DNA of 64,000 bases. Origin: Lama glama (Eukaryota). Below the pieces are notes generated by a model. The model was not told where the DNA came from. It made no database searches and worked only from the letters and a program-made list of their open reading frames with translations. Made by a program: the position numbers and the translations under genes. This document shows positions 48,017 through 61,118 of this stretch, in pieces. The stretch is taken from NCBI GenBank assembly GCA_028534125.1, contig CM052817.1, positions 64,234,001 through 64,298,000 of the forward strand. The letters are read 5' to 3'. Position 1 is the first letter of the stretch, and the number at the start of each line of letters is the position of its first letter.

Positions 48017-51000
48017 ATTTACTGAGGAAGCCAGGAACATTTAGCCATTTACAAAGAACTTTCACATATACTGTTTTAAGGAATCATCTAGAAACCCCAT
48101 GAGGGAACTGCCCATTTTTTCAGTGACTCAGAGAGGTTAACCAGCTTGTTCAAAGCAGCACAGCAGAGCCTGGATGTAATCCCAGATGGGTCTGACTCCA
48201 GTACATCCTCATGCACCATAAGAGTTCAGAGATAATGATGAGCAAAGAGGGCTGGAGAGGAAAGAGGAGTGAGAGAAGGTACAACCTGAAGGAGACTTGG
48301 ACAGGTGAGTGGGTCTTCGCCAGACTGGAGGAGCAGAGATGCAAGAAATAGGAGGGGCTAGTTTGGAGGTGAGTGAAGAGTCCAGCCTCATGTGACAGAG
48401 GGCACTGGAAGTTCAGAGTGGATTAAAGGAGTTGGACAGATCAGGCAGCCCCTATCAGTCCTGAGACTTTAAGCTTTACTTTCCTCATCTGTAAGATGGG
48501 AATAATAATAGTACCTACTAAGTGAAACTATGTGTATGAAGTGCTTGTGCTCAACATATGATAACTTAAAAGAAGTCACCCTACCCATGCAGAATCCTAC
48601 ACCGATAAATAAATGATCATACATCACTTTATCTGGCCCTGACAACAATCCTATGAAAGAGACAAAGACAAATTTTGGGGGCTCAAAGAACTCCAGTAGA
48701 CATGAATGACTTGCGCTGAGGCTTCTGCTCTAGGCCACTTATTCAACAGGGAGGAAAGCAGGTATCAGGACTGGCTAGTGCAACTGAGGCGGGCGGGAGC
48801 TTGAAGGCTAGGCAGAGAAATTCAGACTTCCTCCAACAAGAGTCAGGGAGCTAATGAGGTCTTAGAGGAAAAGAGATATGAGGTAGGGGTGCTAGGTAAC
48901 AGTAAGGCTCTGAAATTGTGGAAATAATCCTGCTTTCAGAGCTAAACTTTAAAAGTCCAGATCTGCAAAGACATCCTAGAGAAACCACTCTAACTGAAAC
49001 CACCCCAAATTGAAAGTACTGAATCTAGGTGCAAGAATGTCCGTCAGACCAGGCCTGGTCGGACCTGAAAGTGGAGATTTGAAGACAGCCACAGTGGCCT
49101 TGACGCTCCGAGCAACAGACAGGGGGAGAGAGCCACAGGAAACATCCTTAGTCCTTGGAGGGTTCAGGACCTCGGGGCAAGTCAGTGCCCCTGCGGAGAT
49201 GAGCCAACTCCCTCTGGGTACTCCCACTGGCAAGCCTCCGGACCGTGAAATGGATGCCTCCGACTTACCCTGATGCCATCTGAAACTTAACTTCTTTGTT
49301 TTTATTCCATGCTGGCCGACTAAGCGTCTGATTATGATTTGGCTTTCCATGCAGGTCTGGCCACAGGAAGAAAGTATGTCCCCGCTGTTCCCACACTGGA
49401 ATCCCAGGCCATGAAATGGAAGTAGAAACAGTTCTCTTCTCATTTTAAATCAGTAAGCTAGCAACTCGCTTTTATATATCCATTTTCTGAACTGAGTCAA
49501 CAAGAGGGAGAGATGAACTCTTGTTATGCTCCCCAAATCTGTTTCTGAGCCCATAGAGTGGAGAGTCACCAAGGGAATGAGGGCGCCTATTGGAACAGGC
49601 TGCTCTGCAAAGCTCCCTGGGAAAGCCCACACTGAGCGTCTCCACGGGTTCTCATGCAGGGATGTCGGAGGCAGCCAGTCTGCCTGCTGCAGGGCCAGCA
49701 AGGGAGACTCGTGTCAGCAAAGCTAGCTTGCAAGCCACAGGTGTTAGGTGACCAAAAGTGTAAACTAGAGTAGAGGCAATAGGAACAGAGGGGGTACAAA
49801 AAAGAAAATACAAGAGAAAATCAAGGGAACAAAGAAATGCAAAGATGACTAAGATTTTCAATTTCAGGGACTCAGAGTAGGGCCTCTACCTCTAAAACAC
49901 AGAGAGAAGGTTTCCTGAACTGGATTTGGCTTGGGACAGTCCTTGGAGCTGACACTATAGTAGCTATGCCCAGTCCAATGACCACTTGGGACCATAAAGG
50001 TATTATGTTGCTGGTCACTCTTTTCATTCCACAAAGGTTTACCAAGTATCTACAACATGCCAGATACTACTCCACCAGTCACCAGGGAGCCCTGCCTTCA
50101 AAGTGCTTACAGTCTAGTGATGTTGACAGGTTAATTTACTATTTTAGTAAATATAGGTGCTATGATGGGGGTATGCACAGGGTACAATGGGAACTTCTAA
50201 AATGAACACCATGGGGGAGAAAAACTAAACTTTTTCAGCCAAAAGAGATAAATGATTTTCTAAAAAGAAGAATCAATGTTGTTTTTTCACCTTCTTGAAT
50301 TTTTGAATCCACTGAAATGTTGATTGTAAATCAGACATCAAGTCATATCTAATTTTATCTTCTTTCATCCTGTAAGTGGTGAAAAAGAAATAGCAAGAAG
50401 ATTGAAAAATAATGACTTTAGCTGAGAGACTGCAGCAACATTTGTAGAAAACTCCCAATAATAAAATAAAGGTAGAAGCCAGGTCTATGACAACCCATGA
50501 AAAGGCAAACATTCAATACTCAGGCCAAAACCAAACCTGAGAGGCACTGCCTATGTAATGACCACACATTCATCTAGTACAAAATTCCAAAACTGAAATT
50601 CATATTAACAATTTAATTTTCCACTCACTGAGAATCTAAGAGATCACAAAATCACAGTTGATAAGAAAAGCAAAATTAGAAAGCAAGACAATTTCAAGAT
50701 ATTGTTATCTTGCAACCCAATGGAATTTTCCAAAAAAGTAATGATGTCCAGTATAAAGCAAAGAAAATATTCTAGGGTCACCAAAAATTGGAAAATTTGG
50801 AAAGACATAGGATCTTCCTCAGTCACCATGACAGTGTTGACAGAGGTACACAGGAAAATACATAACTAAGAGCACTGAAAGACAGACATTATAAAAGGCA
50901 GAGACATATCAAAAAGCAGAAAGAAAGATGGTCTTAGAGCTCATACCTCCTGCCTACATTTTTTACCTCACCCCCCACCCCAACAATCCAACAAGTCTTA

Positions 51001-51840
51001 GTATAATATGCTAGCTGTGTTTGCAGAAGAGTGAGACTGGAAGATTATAGGAAACAAGTATTTCCATTACACATTCTATAGAATACATCTTCAAAACAGC
51101 TTTGTCCCTGGTGGGCTACTCTATTGAGATGCGTTTTTTGGTTGTCCCAATGGCCAACACTGAGGAATATCCTAGGAAGCTGCCCTAAAAATTCCTCATG
51201 GTGTTTACTGTAGGGATTTTGCTAAAGCTGTTTTACACTATCACACAGTATCCTTTCTACCAGGCCCCATGACTTCTCTAAGCAGTATTGTGTATTTTGT
51301 AACATGAGGCTGACGTGTTTCCCTTTTAGCACTGGTTAACAGGAAGCTCAGGGAAACATTTGCAGCACACTTTCAGCAAGTTCAATTGCTCACCAGTGTA
51401 AAAAGATTACTTTTATCCCTGATTTTCCCTTCACACATTCTCCTAATTTACTTAAAAACAATTAACAAAAAAGTGTAATAGTTAACAGCAAATATTTATT
51501 GAGTGCTTATTATTAGACATTCTAATATCATACCCTGTCCACACATCCCTTATGACTCCTTAAACCATGTAAGGTATTTATAATGCATATTACATATTGT
51601 ATATTTATATTTTATATATTTAAATGTATTAAATTTTGTTTTTGGAAAAGTTAGCGTATGACGGGATGGGCAAATGGATGAGCAAACTGATACAGAGGTG
51701 GAGAAATAGATCAGCATCTCATATTTCTGTGGTGGCTTTTCAACCAAATCATGGGGAAAGGGCACTAACAATAGAAAATGGCTAGAGATACCCCAGGTAG
51801 GACTTGGTACACCCCGGGTGTAGACCAGAGACTCACGTTT

Positions 51841-52160
51841 AAAAAAATGTTTTAATGGAAGTACAGTTGATTTACAACGTTGTTAGTTTCAGGTGTATAG
51901 TAGAGTGATTCTTCAGTTATACATATGTATAAATATATTTTTCAGATTCTTTTCCATTACAGGTTATCACAAGATATTGAATATAGTTCCCTGTGCTATA
52001 GGTCCTTGTTGTTTATTTGTTTTATACAGTAATGTGTATACGTTAATCCCATACTCCTAATTTCTCCCTCCCCCGACCTTTCCCTTTGGTAACCATGGTT
52101 TGTTTTCTATGTGAGTCTATTTCTGGCTTATAAATAAGTTCATTTGTATCTTTTTTTCCC
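51841..52160 (-). mobile_element. 5'-truncated L1 3' end with TSD
   Basis: gaagtacagttgatttacaacgttgttagtttcaggtgta...ttccctgtgctata...ccctttggtaaccat; direct repeat ccagagactc at 51825-51834 and 52161-52170. Confidence 0.9.
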
Positions 52161-53169
52161 CCAGAGACTCCACATTAATAGCAGTTTTAACTATAATCTG
52201 TGATAAAAAATTAAGCAAAACAATAGCAACCACTCCTCTATAGTAGAAAGGCTAAGTAAGGTCCCCTGTAGCATCTTATTTGTACCCTTAATTTGCCTTA
52301 TTTATAGAGCATAGACAAATCCTGACTGCAAATTTCAGCCCTCTGCAGGGTGAGAAGAAAAAAGCACGAATGTGAAAAGCCACAACACAGCATCTGCATC
52401 AGGGAAGCTCACGCAGAGGGAGGGGGTTTGAGGCAGCCCTGACATGAAGCTGACCTGCCCCTCGAGTCCTCACCTTTGCCCATGGCCATGTTCCTTCATC
52501 CTGCCTGCCAATCCTTTCTTCCTCTCTACTCTTCTCACCCCACCTCCCTTAAGTCCACAGCCTACCTCCCACAGAACTGAGCGACACTGGCTTGTGTGCA
52601 ATGAGTGCCCGGACAACGCCTAGCAGCAGGTACCCTGATGAGGACCATAGCCAGATTCCTCTACAGGACAGACCCCATGTCATCCAGGTTCCTGCTGCTC
52701 ACCCAGAGCCCACCTGTCCCTTTTGCTCATCCTGACAAGTTTCAGCAGGCTGGATCACCTGACTTCTGAACCAGAGGCTTATTACAGAGCAGCAAATTAG
52801 AAGGAAGAAATGGGGCTGGCTGTGAGCTATACAGACAGTCAAGGAGACATCACATCCTGAAGGGTGGAGCAAAGAATGAAGCGGATCCAGAAGCCTACAG
52901 CCACTCACAGAAGAAAGGACACACAGGGGATATAGAGGTGCCTAAGAGGGGTCCCAGCGCTGCCAGGGGACACGGAGTTACTACAGGAAGCTGATGCTCC
53001 AGGGAGCACCAAGCATCATCACAGATAAGAAGGCTTCCCACGTAGCGGACCGGCTATTTTTCAAATGTATATTAGTAGAGTTAATAAAGCTCTTAACTAA
53101 AAGCACTGCTACTCTTATAGCATTTCTATTATACAGTTTTTCAATCAGATAAGTAAAAAATATATATAT

Positions 53170-53450
53170 CTTCTATAATGATGGATACATATGTAGTCCA
53201 AACCCACAGAATGTACAGCACCAAGAGTGAACCCCAAGGTTAACCGTGGACTTTGGGTGATATGTCATCCTTGGTGAAAAATGTACTGTTCTGGTGAGTC
53301 ATGCTGACAATGGAGGTGGTTATCAAAAGGTGCGTGAGGAGCAAGGGACATGTGGGAAATCTCTGCCCCATCTTCTCAATTTTATCAACTGAAAACTGCC
53401 CTAAAAAAATCAAGTATTTTAAAATAACATTAAACAAAAAATAAAAACAA
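53170..53450 (+). mobile_element. L1MC-like 3' end
   Basis: gtccaaacccacagaatgtacagcaccaagagtgaacccc...tggactttgggtgat...gggaaatctctg...aaaactgccctaaaaaa. Confidence 0.8.
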
Positions 53451-56400
53451 AGTAATCTGTCATGATGTATGAGGTTTGAGAAATTTGACGCTGAAGAAAA
53501 GAGTCCTTAGGTGTGAAAAGATGGGCATATTCAAAGATGAGCCTTGAAGTCAGGCTAATCTGGATTCAAATCATGGCTGCTTCTCTCAGTTGAGCATCTG
53601 TAAAATGGGCATGAAACCATCTACCTCAAAGGGTTTTGTGAAGGAAAGAGCCCAGGGCAGTGACTATGTTCCTTGGGGAATTCGTTTATTCATGCGGTCA
53701 ATAAACAAGTGCCAGTAAGTCTCACTGGGCACTGTGAACAACATGGAAGACCTCTAAAATGTCCACTGTCAAAGATGAGACAGTCCAACAGGGGAGAAAG
53801 ACCAGAAAAGGCATTAGAAATACAGTGAGCTGAATGCCAAGAACCCTAAGCACATGAGCAGTGCATGAGCGGGCCATCTGACCAGGGCACAGGCAAGAGA
53901 GAACAGGGCCCCCCAGTGCAGCACAGTGAAGATTAAAGGAGTTCTCATCAGTCAGTTAACTGTATCAGCAAATATTTAAAAGCTCTTGTGCTAGCACTAT
54001 TCCAGGCGCAGAGGTCACAGCAGAGAGCTGTCTGAGACCCTTGCCCTTGTGAGGCTTTCCTGTGGGAAAAGAGATGTGAAATAAATGTTTAAGTTAAAAA
54101 AATAATAATAATCTGTCAGATGGTTGCAAAGTGAAGGAAACTGAAGTCAGGGAGAGGGAGAGCCCAGAAGAGGGCGCAACCTTGGCACGGGGATGGGCCC
54201 AAGGGAACTGGGGAGCCCAGCAGGGCCGGCTCCCGGGGCGGGAGAAGCAAGCAGGAGGGCTCCCAGGTGGCAGACCTGCCCGCGGGCTCATCTCAGACCT
54301 TATTTCGCTCCTTCAAAGAGGGTTTCATTCAAAGTGATGAAAAGTCAAATGTTGATGTTTAACAGGGCCAAACCCTCTGCTCTGCAGAAAGCGAGTGGTC
54401 CGAAATAGTGCAGTGGTAGCATAAGCAAGGGTTTTATTGTAACTGCCTCTTTTGACTGCTTTTCTTCCTTTTTCTCTTTAGCCACTACAATGAATACGGA
54501 GAAGAAAAGAAGTTGTTCATATACTTCCCTCACGTAGCGCCTCTTCCCCATTCACCTGGAACGTGTTTACCTGGTGTGACAATAAACAGTCCAGACTGCC
54601 TAACTCCTGAGAAAGAGCCATGCCACAATCACAGTGATTTGTTTAAAGAATCTTGCCCACTGCATAATTAGCCCATAGGTCACCATCTGTCTCTAAGTCC
54701 TCATAAAACTAACCATATGTTGCTTTCATCAACGGCTGAACTACAGTAACATACACTCCTCCCCCCCAGAAATGCTACAAACCCATTTTTCCTCTGGTGC
54801 AGGGGCTGTTGGAGGGAGGGAAGACACCTACTTCTTCCTAACCACATTTTTTTAATTAAAAATTGTTATTTTGTTCTGTTTACGCTTTGTCTCTAGCTAC
54901 CAACCCAAACAATCCTAACGATTTCTAGACATTACCGTAAAGGCTCTACCAAGAAGAGTGAGCACGCTCAGAGCCCCAGAATTTGAGTTCTCTCGGATGG
55001 TCTAACCTGGCGACATGAAGGCAAGTGCACTCAAGCACACTGTCTTACAGACGGTCCTGCCTGCCTCATCTCTGGCATTTTAGTACTCGAGGTCATCAAA
55101 CAGCAAATTTACAATCAGAGTAGCTCCACTCTCAAGTAGGTAACAACTGCAAATGATTTTAAATCACCATTTGGAACTATACAAAACCTGTCTTCCAATG
55201 CTATTTTTTTTTTTGATTTATGACAGAATTCTCAAATTGTTGAGCACTGTTCTCTTCACATCACCCACCAATGACTAAACAATCTTAATAAGAAGCAGCC
55301 GTACAAAATGTTCTGGATTTTAGTTTGGTTTCACTTATTTTTTTAATCAAAATATGAATAAAAATTATTCCCCAAATGTGCCTATGATTTAAAATTACAT
55401 GGCAGAGAACACTAATGCATTTCGGTAACTGAAAAACGTCAGAATCTCATGGTAGAAATGGGTCATTAACACCACGGGTGAGACCCAGAGAAACCAGTTC
55501 TTCATCAACCAACTTCCCTTAAGGCATCAGAAAATTCATCTCACCCATGGTCTCCAGAGTCAAGCGGAAATTACATTCATAAAGCTGGCCACAATTTCAT
55601 CATTTAAAAAAAGGCTAGAAGTCAGGCTAATGGTTCCATTTGGTCTGGGGAAGTATTTGCTGAACAGAACTGAATAGTGCAAAGAAAGGAAATTTTAACT
55701 TTGTAGATCTCTTGACTCATTAATCCTTAAGTTGACCCTTGTCACCAAAACAATCAACCTCTCTAACCTTTAAAGGTTTTAGCACATCATGTTTCACTGC
55801 CTTCCTGAAGTTGAGTTGCAGTTCTTATATTTTTCTTAACTTACCAACTGCTAATGACACATAGGGTTCCTCCTGAGAGATAAGAGATTTTGTTAAAGGC
55901 TCTTCTCCTGTCTGCGTCAAGGTTATTTACCTTCCTGGCATGTGTGTAGCCTAAGACTAATTCTTAGGAGACTGTTAACAGTTACCCTCCTCAGAGATCT
56001 TGAACATTCTCCCAGAGACCTCTGTAACTTCAGGTATTTCAGGACTAGGTCTTTTAATGAATCTGATTTCCAGTTCATCGGGGCCCCGTTAATGGTTAGC
56101 AGAGATGCAGTGGTTCACCAAGTGCCTACCAAGATTTCTCCCCTGCTGCCCACCACAACGTCCCAGCGAGTCGCAAGTAAAAGTAGTAACAGGATCCAAG
56201 GTCAGAGACAGAGGGGGCTTCCAGTCCTGGCCTGGCCTCACACCTTGCTTTCGGCCCTGGTTTCATCTTTTTCTAAAACAAGAACACCACCTCCCAGCCA
56301 GGGGAGCTATAAATACAATGTGAAAGCAGGAAGGGTGCTTAGCAAGGGGCCTGAGCCCCACAATGGACACACGATAAATGATAATATTACTGAAGAGGTT

Positions 56401-58399
56401 AGAGATTGTTCCGCCCAAAGAAGGCTCCTCTTTGTAATCGAGTGAAAATGGTCTTTGCCCACTTTCCAATGCATTAAAATCCATCTAAATTTTAAAAGGG
56501 GGGAGGCTACCATTAAGTTTAAAAGCACAGAACATGATGCAGGAGCTGAGAGCAGAGCAGACACTGGAACACGGAGTGCCAAATGGAGATGGACAAGTCG
56601 GGGCTCGCTGAAGCCACAGAAGCTCTCAGCCCACAACTCCCCTTTGCAGGGAATATCTAGTGGTACAGAGGAAGGCTCACTAGCTACCGGCAGATGAAAA
56701 AGTAAAGCACAAACTAAACGTGAAAAAGGTGTGGATACATAGACACAAATTTTTGGAAAACACAAAAAATATTGAAATTGTTAAAAATATATATAAATTC
56801 AGCAGGGACAAGCATTACGCACACACACTGTCTCATATTCATATACAGGTTTTCTAAGTTTGGGGGAATGACTGGAACACACAGTGTACCTGTAATGGGA
56901 TGGGGCGGGGGGAGGGGATGAGTTTGTTTTTAAAGAAGAAAGAGCCCATACTCCCCCTTTCCCAATGAGACACAGAAATGCTCATCTTTCAGACTGAAAC
57001 TCTCCAACACACAAATGTCTGTGAGCCCCTAGGGAGCACTGTTCCCCAGCTCCTTCTGCTTAATTTCTTCTCTTCCTACTTAAGACAAGGATCTGTGATT
57101 ACTTACTGAGCGATTTTGCCAGTCAGAGCCATTGGGGTTTATCTGAGTTTCTTCAGATAGAAAGGGAGGGTCAGGGATAATATCCCAACTCTTCCACATA
57201 TCCTAACTAATAAAAAAAATTCCTGAGAGTTAAAAAAATTTTTTTTCCTAAATGATCAGCACCTTAACACAATATTCTGTGAACTTTTTCTCTTTCATTG
57301 GAAACAACACCCTGAACATTTTATCCAGATGAATGGGAACAATGCATCCCCATTCATCTGCCTTGAAAGAAAAAAAAGGAGAAAGGTTATTTTATTTCTG
57401 AAGGCCTAGTATATTTCTTCATAACAGAGATTCACATTATTTACAAAAGAATCTTTTTTAAAAAACCAAACAGTATTAATTTTTTTCTTTCATCTAAGTT
57501 CATGTGCACGTATCTTCTTTCCCAATGATATTAAAACTTCAAAATGTTCAATTAACTCAAAATCAACCTGTAATGCTACAAAAGTTATGTAAAGTTGTAT
57601 TGCCAAGTTAATATCCACAAAATTTGTCTTTTTTTAGAAAAGGGAAATAACAGTTGTACATCAATCAAATTAGATTTCCTGAAGGCACTGATTATCTTTG
57701 ATTTTCATGACACTTTGATCCAAAAAGTGTCATGACTAATGATCTTTTTCTAGCATAAACTTAGCTATTCCCTTTTAATAAGGCTTCTATCCAGGTATTC
57801 AATCATTTTATATTCTGTTTTTACCAAAACCTAACACTCAATTTAAAAAAAAATTCATCTGTCTTTTTCATGTTTCTGGTAACACAGAAGAGAAAATCAG
57901 CGTCAACCCTGCTTATCAACCACAATGCTCACTCACTATAGTTAAGTGTTTCCAAGTACCTGGATCGCCTCATCCAAAAAATACCCATGTACTGAATGTA
58001 AAGTGTTTACTGCCCTTAAATTTTCCAAGAGACTTGCCAACCAGAATCCTTAATCTTCTCCCCCCTGAAACCGCAAGTCCCCTCATCATGTGGTTTCCCC
58101 CAGCTTCATGGTCTCTGCTGGTATAAACTACACATCTATCCCTCACAGCACTGCTCCAAAACTGACCTCCAACGCCCTGCGTGATTGCCACCTACCTTTA
58201 CGCAAGTGATGTGATTTGCCAAAAATCTCAACCTGTGTTATGGCCTCCGGGTCTGTTTATTTGGGATCTGTGATATACCCACTCAAAATGCCCTTTATCA
58301 CATCTGACAAGAGTATGAGGATGACAAACAGCGGAAATGAGAAAGCACTCAGGAGAACGGGAACACCCACGAGAGGAGCTGTGTCACCTGGCTTTTAGG

Positions 58400-58620
58400 A
58401 ACCTGTTTCAACTCAAATCCAGTCCTACTGTTTACTGCTGTGTCAACCTGGAGTGACTGCCACTTCAGGAATCTGTTCCCACAGCTGGAAATGGAGCTAC
58501 TACTCATGGTGCTAATTCTTAGTGTTTATGATGATTTAGAAAAAGATCATCAAAGGAGGTAACTAGGTGAAGCCCTCAGTGCAACGCCTGGCCCATGGTC
58601 AACAATGAGCACTAGCTTTT
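58400..58620 (+). mobile_element. MIR SINE (degraded)
   Basis: tcaaatccagtcctactgtttactgctgtgt...gtgaagccctcagtgcaacgcctggccca. Confidence 0.6.
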
Positions 58621-60174
58621 TCAGAGGCTCGTTTGTTTACCACCTCGGGAACTAAGAATGCCCTGAGATTCAAGATCACGCACTGTAGCTTTTGTGGGTG
58701 TATCACATCAGATCACAAGATTCAACACACATCCTGGGTTTTGGCACTTATTAGTTCTGGAGAGTTCATTAGGAAATGATATTTATTTTAGGAAAAGAAA
58801 TGCAAACAGCTATGCAGAGTTAATCAATTATGCAAAGGTGTGTGGTCAGGAGGCAGCCCCTAGTCTCACTGAGCCTCCCCTCGAGACATGAACTTGGAAC
58901 ATGAGCTGAGAATCCCACCCCCTTCATCCCTCCGGAGCAACCCCACCTGCAAAGGAAGTTTATCCACAGTTCCCCCAAATGCTTACACTTGAGGAGAAAA
59001 TAATCCTGAAATTACATTCAGTTTCTCTCCTCAAAAATGAATTCCCCTCTTAGCTCTTTTCCAAATAATAACCCCTGGACTTTTCCCCTTCTTTCTACTG
59101 GTATTTATTAGCATTTATTATAAGCCAAACCCTGTGCTGGGCTTTGGGGATAGGATACAAACAAAAGAGCCACAGCCCCTTCCCTTGTTTGAAAGCTGAG
59201 AAGAATTTCCCCTTTATTTAGAAAATCCATACCCAATGGATTTGAGTTTTTAAAAATTCACTTCAGAGTAATGTGAAGTTACGTGGACGAGACAGGACTG
59301 CTGAGGCACAGGATGAGACAAGCACTGGCCGAAGGGTCCTCCAGGCACACTGCATCCACAGGAGGAAACAGAACTACACCTCCACCCGCACCCGGACACT
59401 CTTCCCAAGTCCTCCCTTTGAGCAAGGGAGCCCTTCCCTCTGTCATGGACCCATGAGACTACGGAAGAAACAGCAAATTGTTTCTGTACCAGTTTCTCAG
59501 GTGGATAGTGGCACCTCCTTCCTTCCAGATCTGGTGCAAGATCTCACCTCCTCCGATCATCTCAGGAATCCCTTCCTCTAATCCGAATATAGCACATCCT
59601 TAAGGCTCACCTCCCCCGACACACCCACCAGCTGAAAGCAACTAGGGGATGAGGATGGTCTGTTTTCCATCTGTGTATGCCCTACATCATACCACACTGT
59701 CCTCGGTATATCCCTGATACGGTTATGAATGTCCAGAAAACAAGGAGATGTGCTGGGCGGCGGGGGGAGGAGGGGTGGCTTTCCTCCCCCATAAAGCTGC
59801 CGAAGCAGAACAGCTGCTTCCCCAGGTCCCCCGAAAGGGCACCATCAACTGTCACATAACATCACAGTGGTATGGCATTCTCCAGGGGGCCAGAGCTGGT
59901 TCTAGTCCCTCCACACTCCTGGCTTCATCTTGGCATTCTCCAGCATCTTCATGCAAGTTCCTCTTCCTCTGTCACACCCACCATAAACTCAATCGGAGGA
60001 AGAAGATAAATTCTCAAACCTCCGCAAACCTACCCTAGTGCAGCATTTCACACCTGAACCAGGAGCAAGTGAAACCTTTGGATCCCTGAACCAACAGTAG
60101 CCTGAGGAAGAGTTAATACCAACCCCTGAAACTATGCAAAAAAGGATTCGTGGTTCTGTCTTAAAAAAAAAAAA

Positions 60175-60674
60175 NNNNNNNNNNNNNNNNNNNNNNNNNN
60201 NNNNNNNNNNNNNNNNNNNNNNNNNNNNNNNNNNNNNNNNNNNNNNNNNNNNNNNNNNNNNNNNNNNNNNNNNNNNNNNNNNNNNNNNNNNNNNNNNNNN
60301 NNNNNNNNNNNNNNNNNNNNNNNNNNNNNNNNNNNNNNNNNNNNNNNNNNNNNNNNNNNNNNNNNNNNNNNNNNNNNNNNNNNNNNNNNNNNNNNNNNNN
60401 NNNNNNNNNNNNNNNNNNNNNNNNNNNNNNNNNNNNNNNNNNNNNNNNNNNNNNNNNNNNNNNNNNNNNNNNNNNNNNNNNNNNNNNNNNNNNNNNNNNN
60501 NNNNNNNNNNNNNNNNNNNNNNNNNNNNNNNNNNNNNNNNNNNNNNNNNNNNNNNNNNNNNNNNNNNNNNNNNNNNNNNNNNNNNNNNNNNNNNNNNNNN
60601 NNNNNNNNNNNNNNNNNNNNNNNNNNNNNNNNNNNNNNNNNNNNNNNNNNNNNNNNNNNNNNNNNNNNNNNNNN
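60175..60674. other. Assembly gap (500 N)
   Basis: Directly visible; the round length suggests a placeholder. Confidence 0.99.
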
Positions 60675-60684
60675 TTTTTTTTTT

Positions 60685-60885
60685 GGCTGTTATGTATAAA
60701 GGTACTACTGAACACTCCTGGACACCCTTTGTATGAACACCTGTCTTCAATTCTCTAGGGCCTCTACCTAGGCATAGAGCTGCTGAGTCACATGGCAACT
60801 CTATGTTTAACTTTTTGAGGAAACATCAATGTGTCTTCCACAGTGGCTGCACCATTTTCATTCCTACCAGCGATGTCTGGGGGCT
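60685..60885 (-). mobile_element. L1 fragment (end of ORF2 region)
   Basis: tacctaggcatagagctgctgagtcacatggcaactctatgtttaactttttgaggaaac...ttccacagtggctgcaccattt...cattcctaccagc. Confidence 0.85.
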
Positions 60886-61017
60886 CCCTGGAAAGTTATA
60901 AGCCAATGAGGGTAAACATCAGAATTGTGCTCTGAAAAAGAAAAACAAGAGGAATTAGCTTGTGTGAAAGTATGTGAGTTGGTTTAGGACTGATGGGTCC
61001 TAAAACTTTCAAGTAGC

Positions 61018-61118
61018 GGGGAGAGTATAGCTCAGTGGCAGAGTGCGTGCTCAGCATGCATGAATTTTAAATGAATAAGTCTAATTACCTCCATCCCCTC
61101 CAAAAAAAAATCAAAAAA
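61018..61118 (+). mobile_element. Camelid vic-1-type SINE with internal deletion of the B-box region
   Basis: ggggagagtatagctcagtggcagagtgcgtgctcagcatgcatga|attttaaatgaataagtctaattacctcc; imperfect TSD taaaactttcaagtag / taaaattcaagtgg. Confidence 0.85.

Noticed and set aside
927..60790. About 17 AP-1 (TGASTCA) matches across the window
   Set aside because: Not clearly above expectation once mammalian TG/CA dinucleotide excess is allowed for.
59989..60798. ORFs of 184-269 aa
   Set aside because: Artefacts of translating through the N gap.
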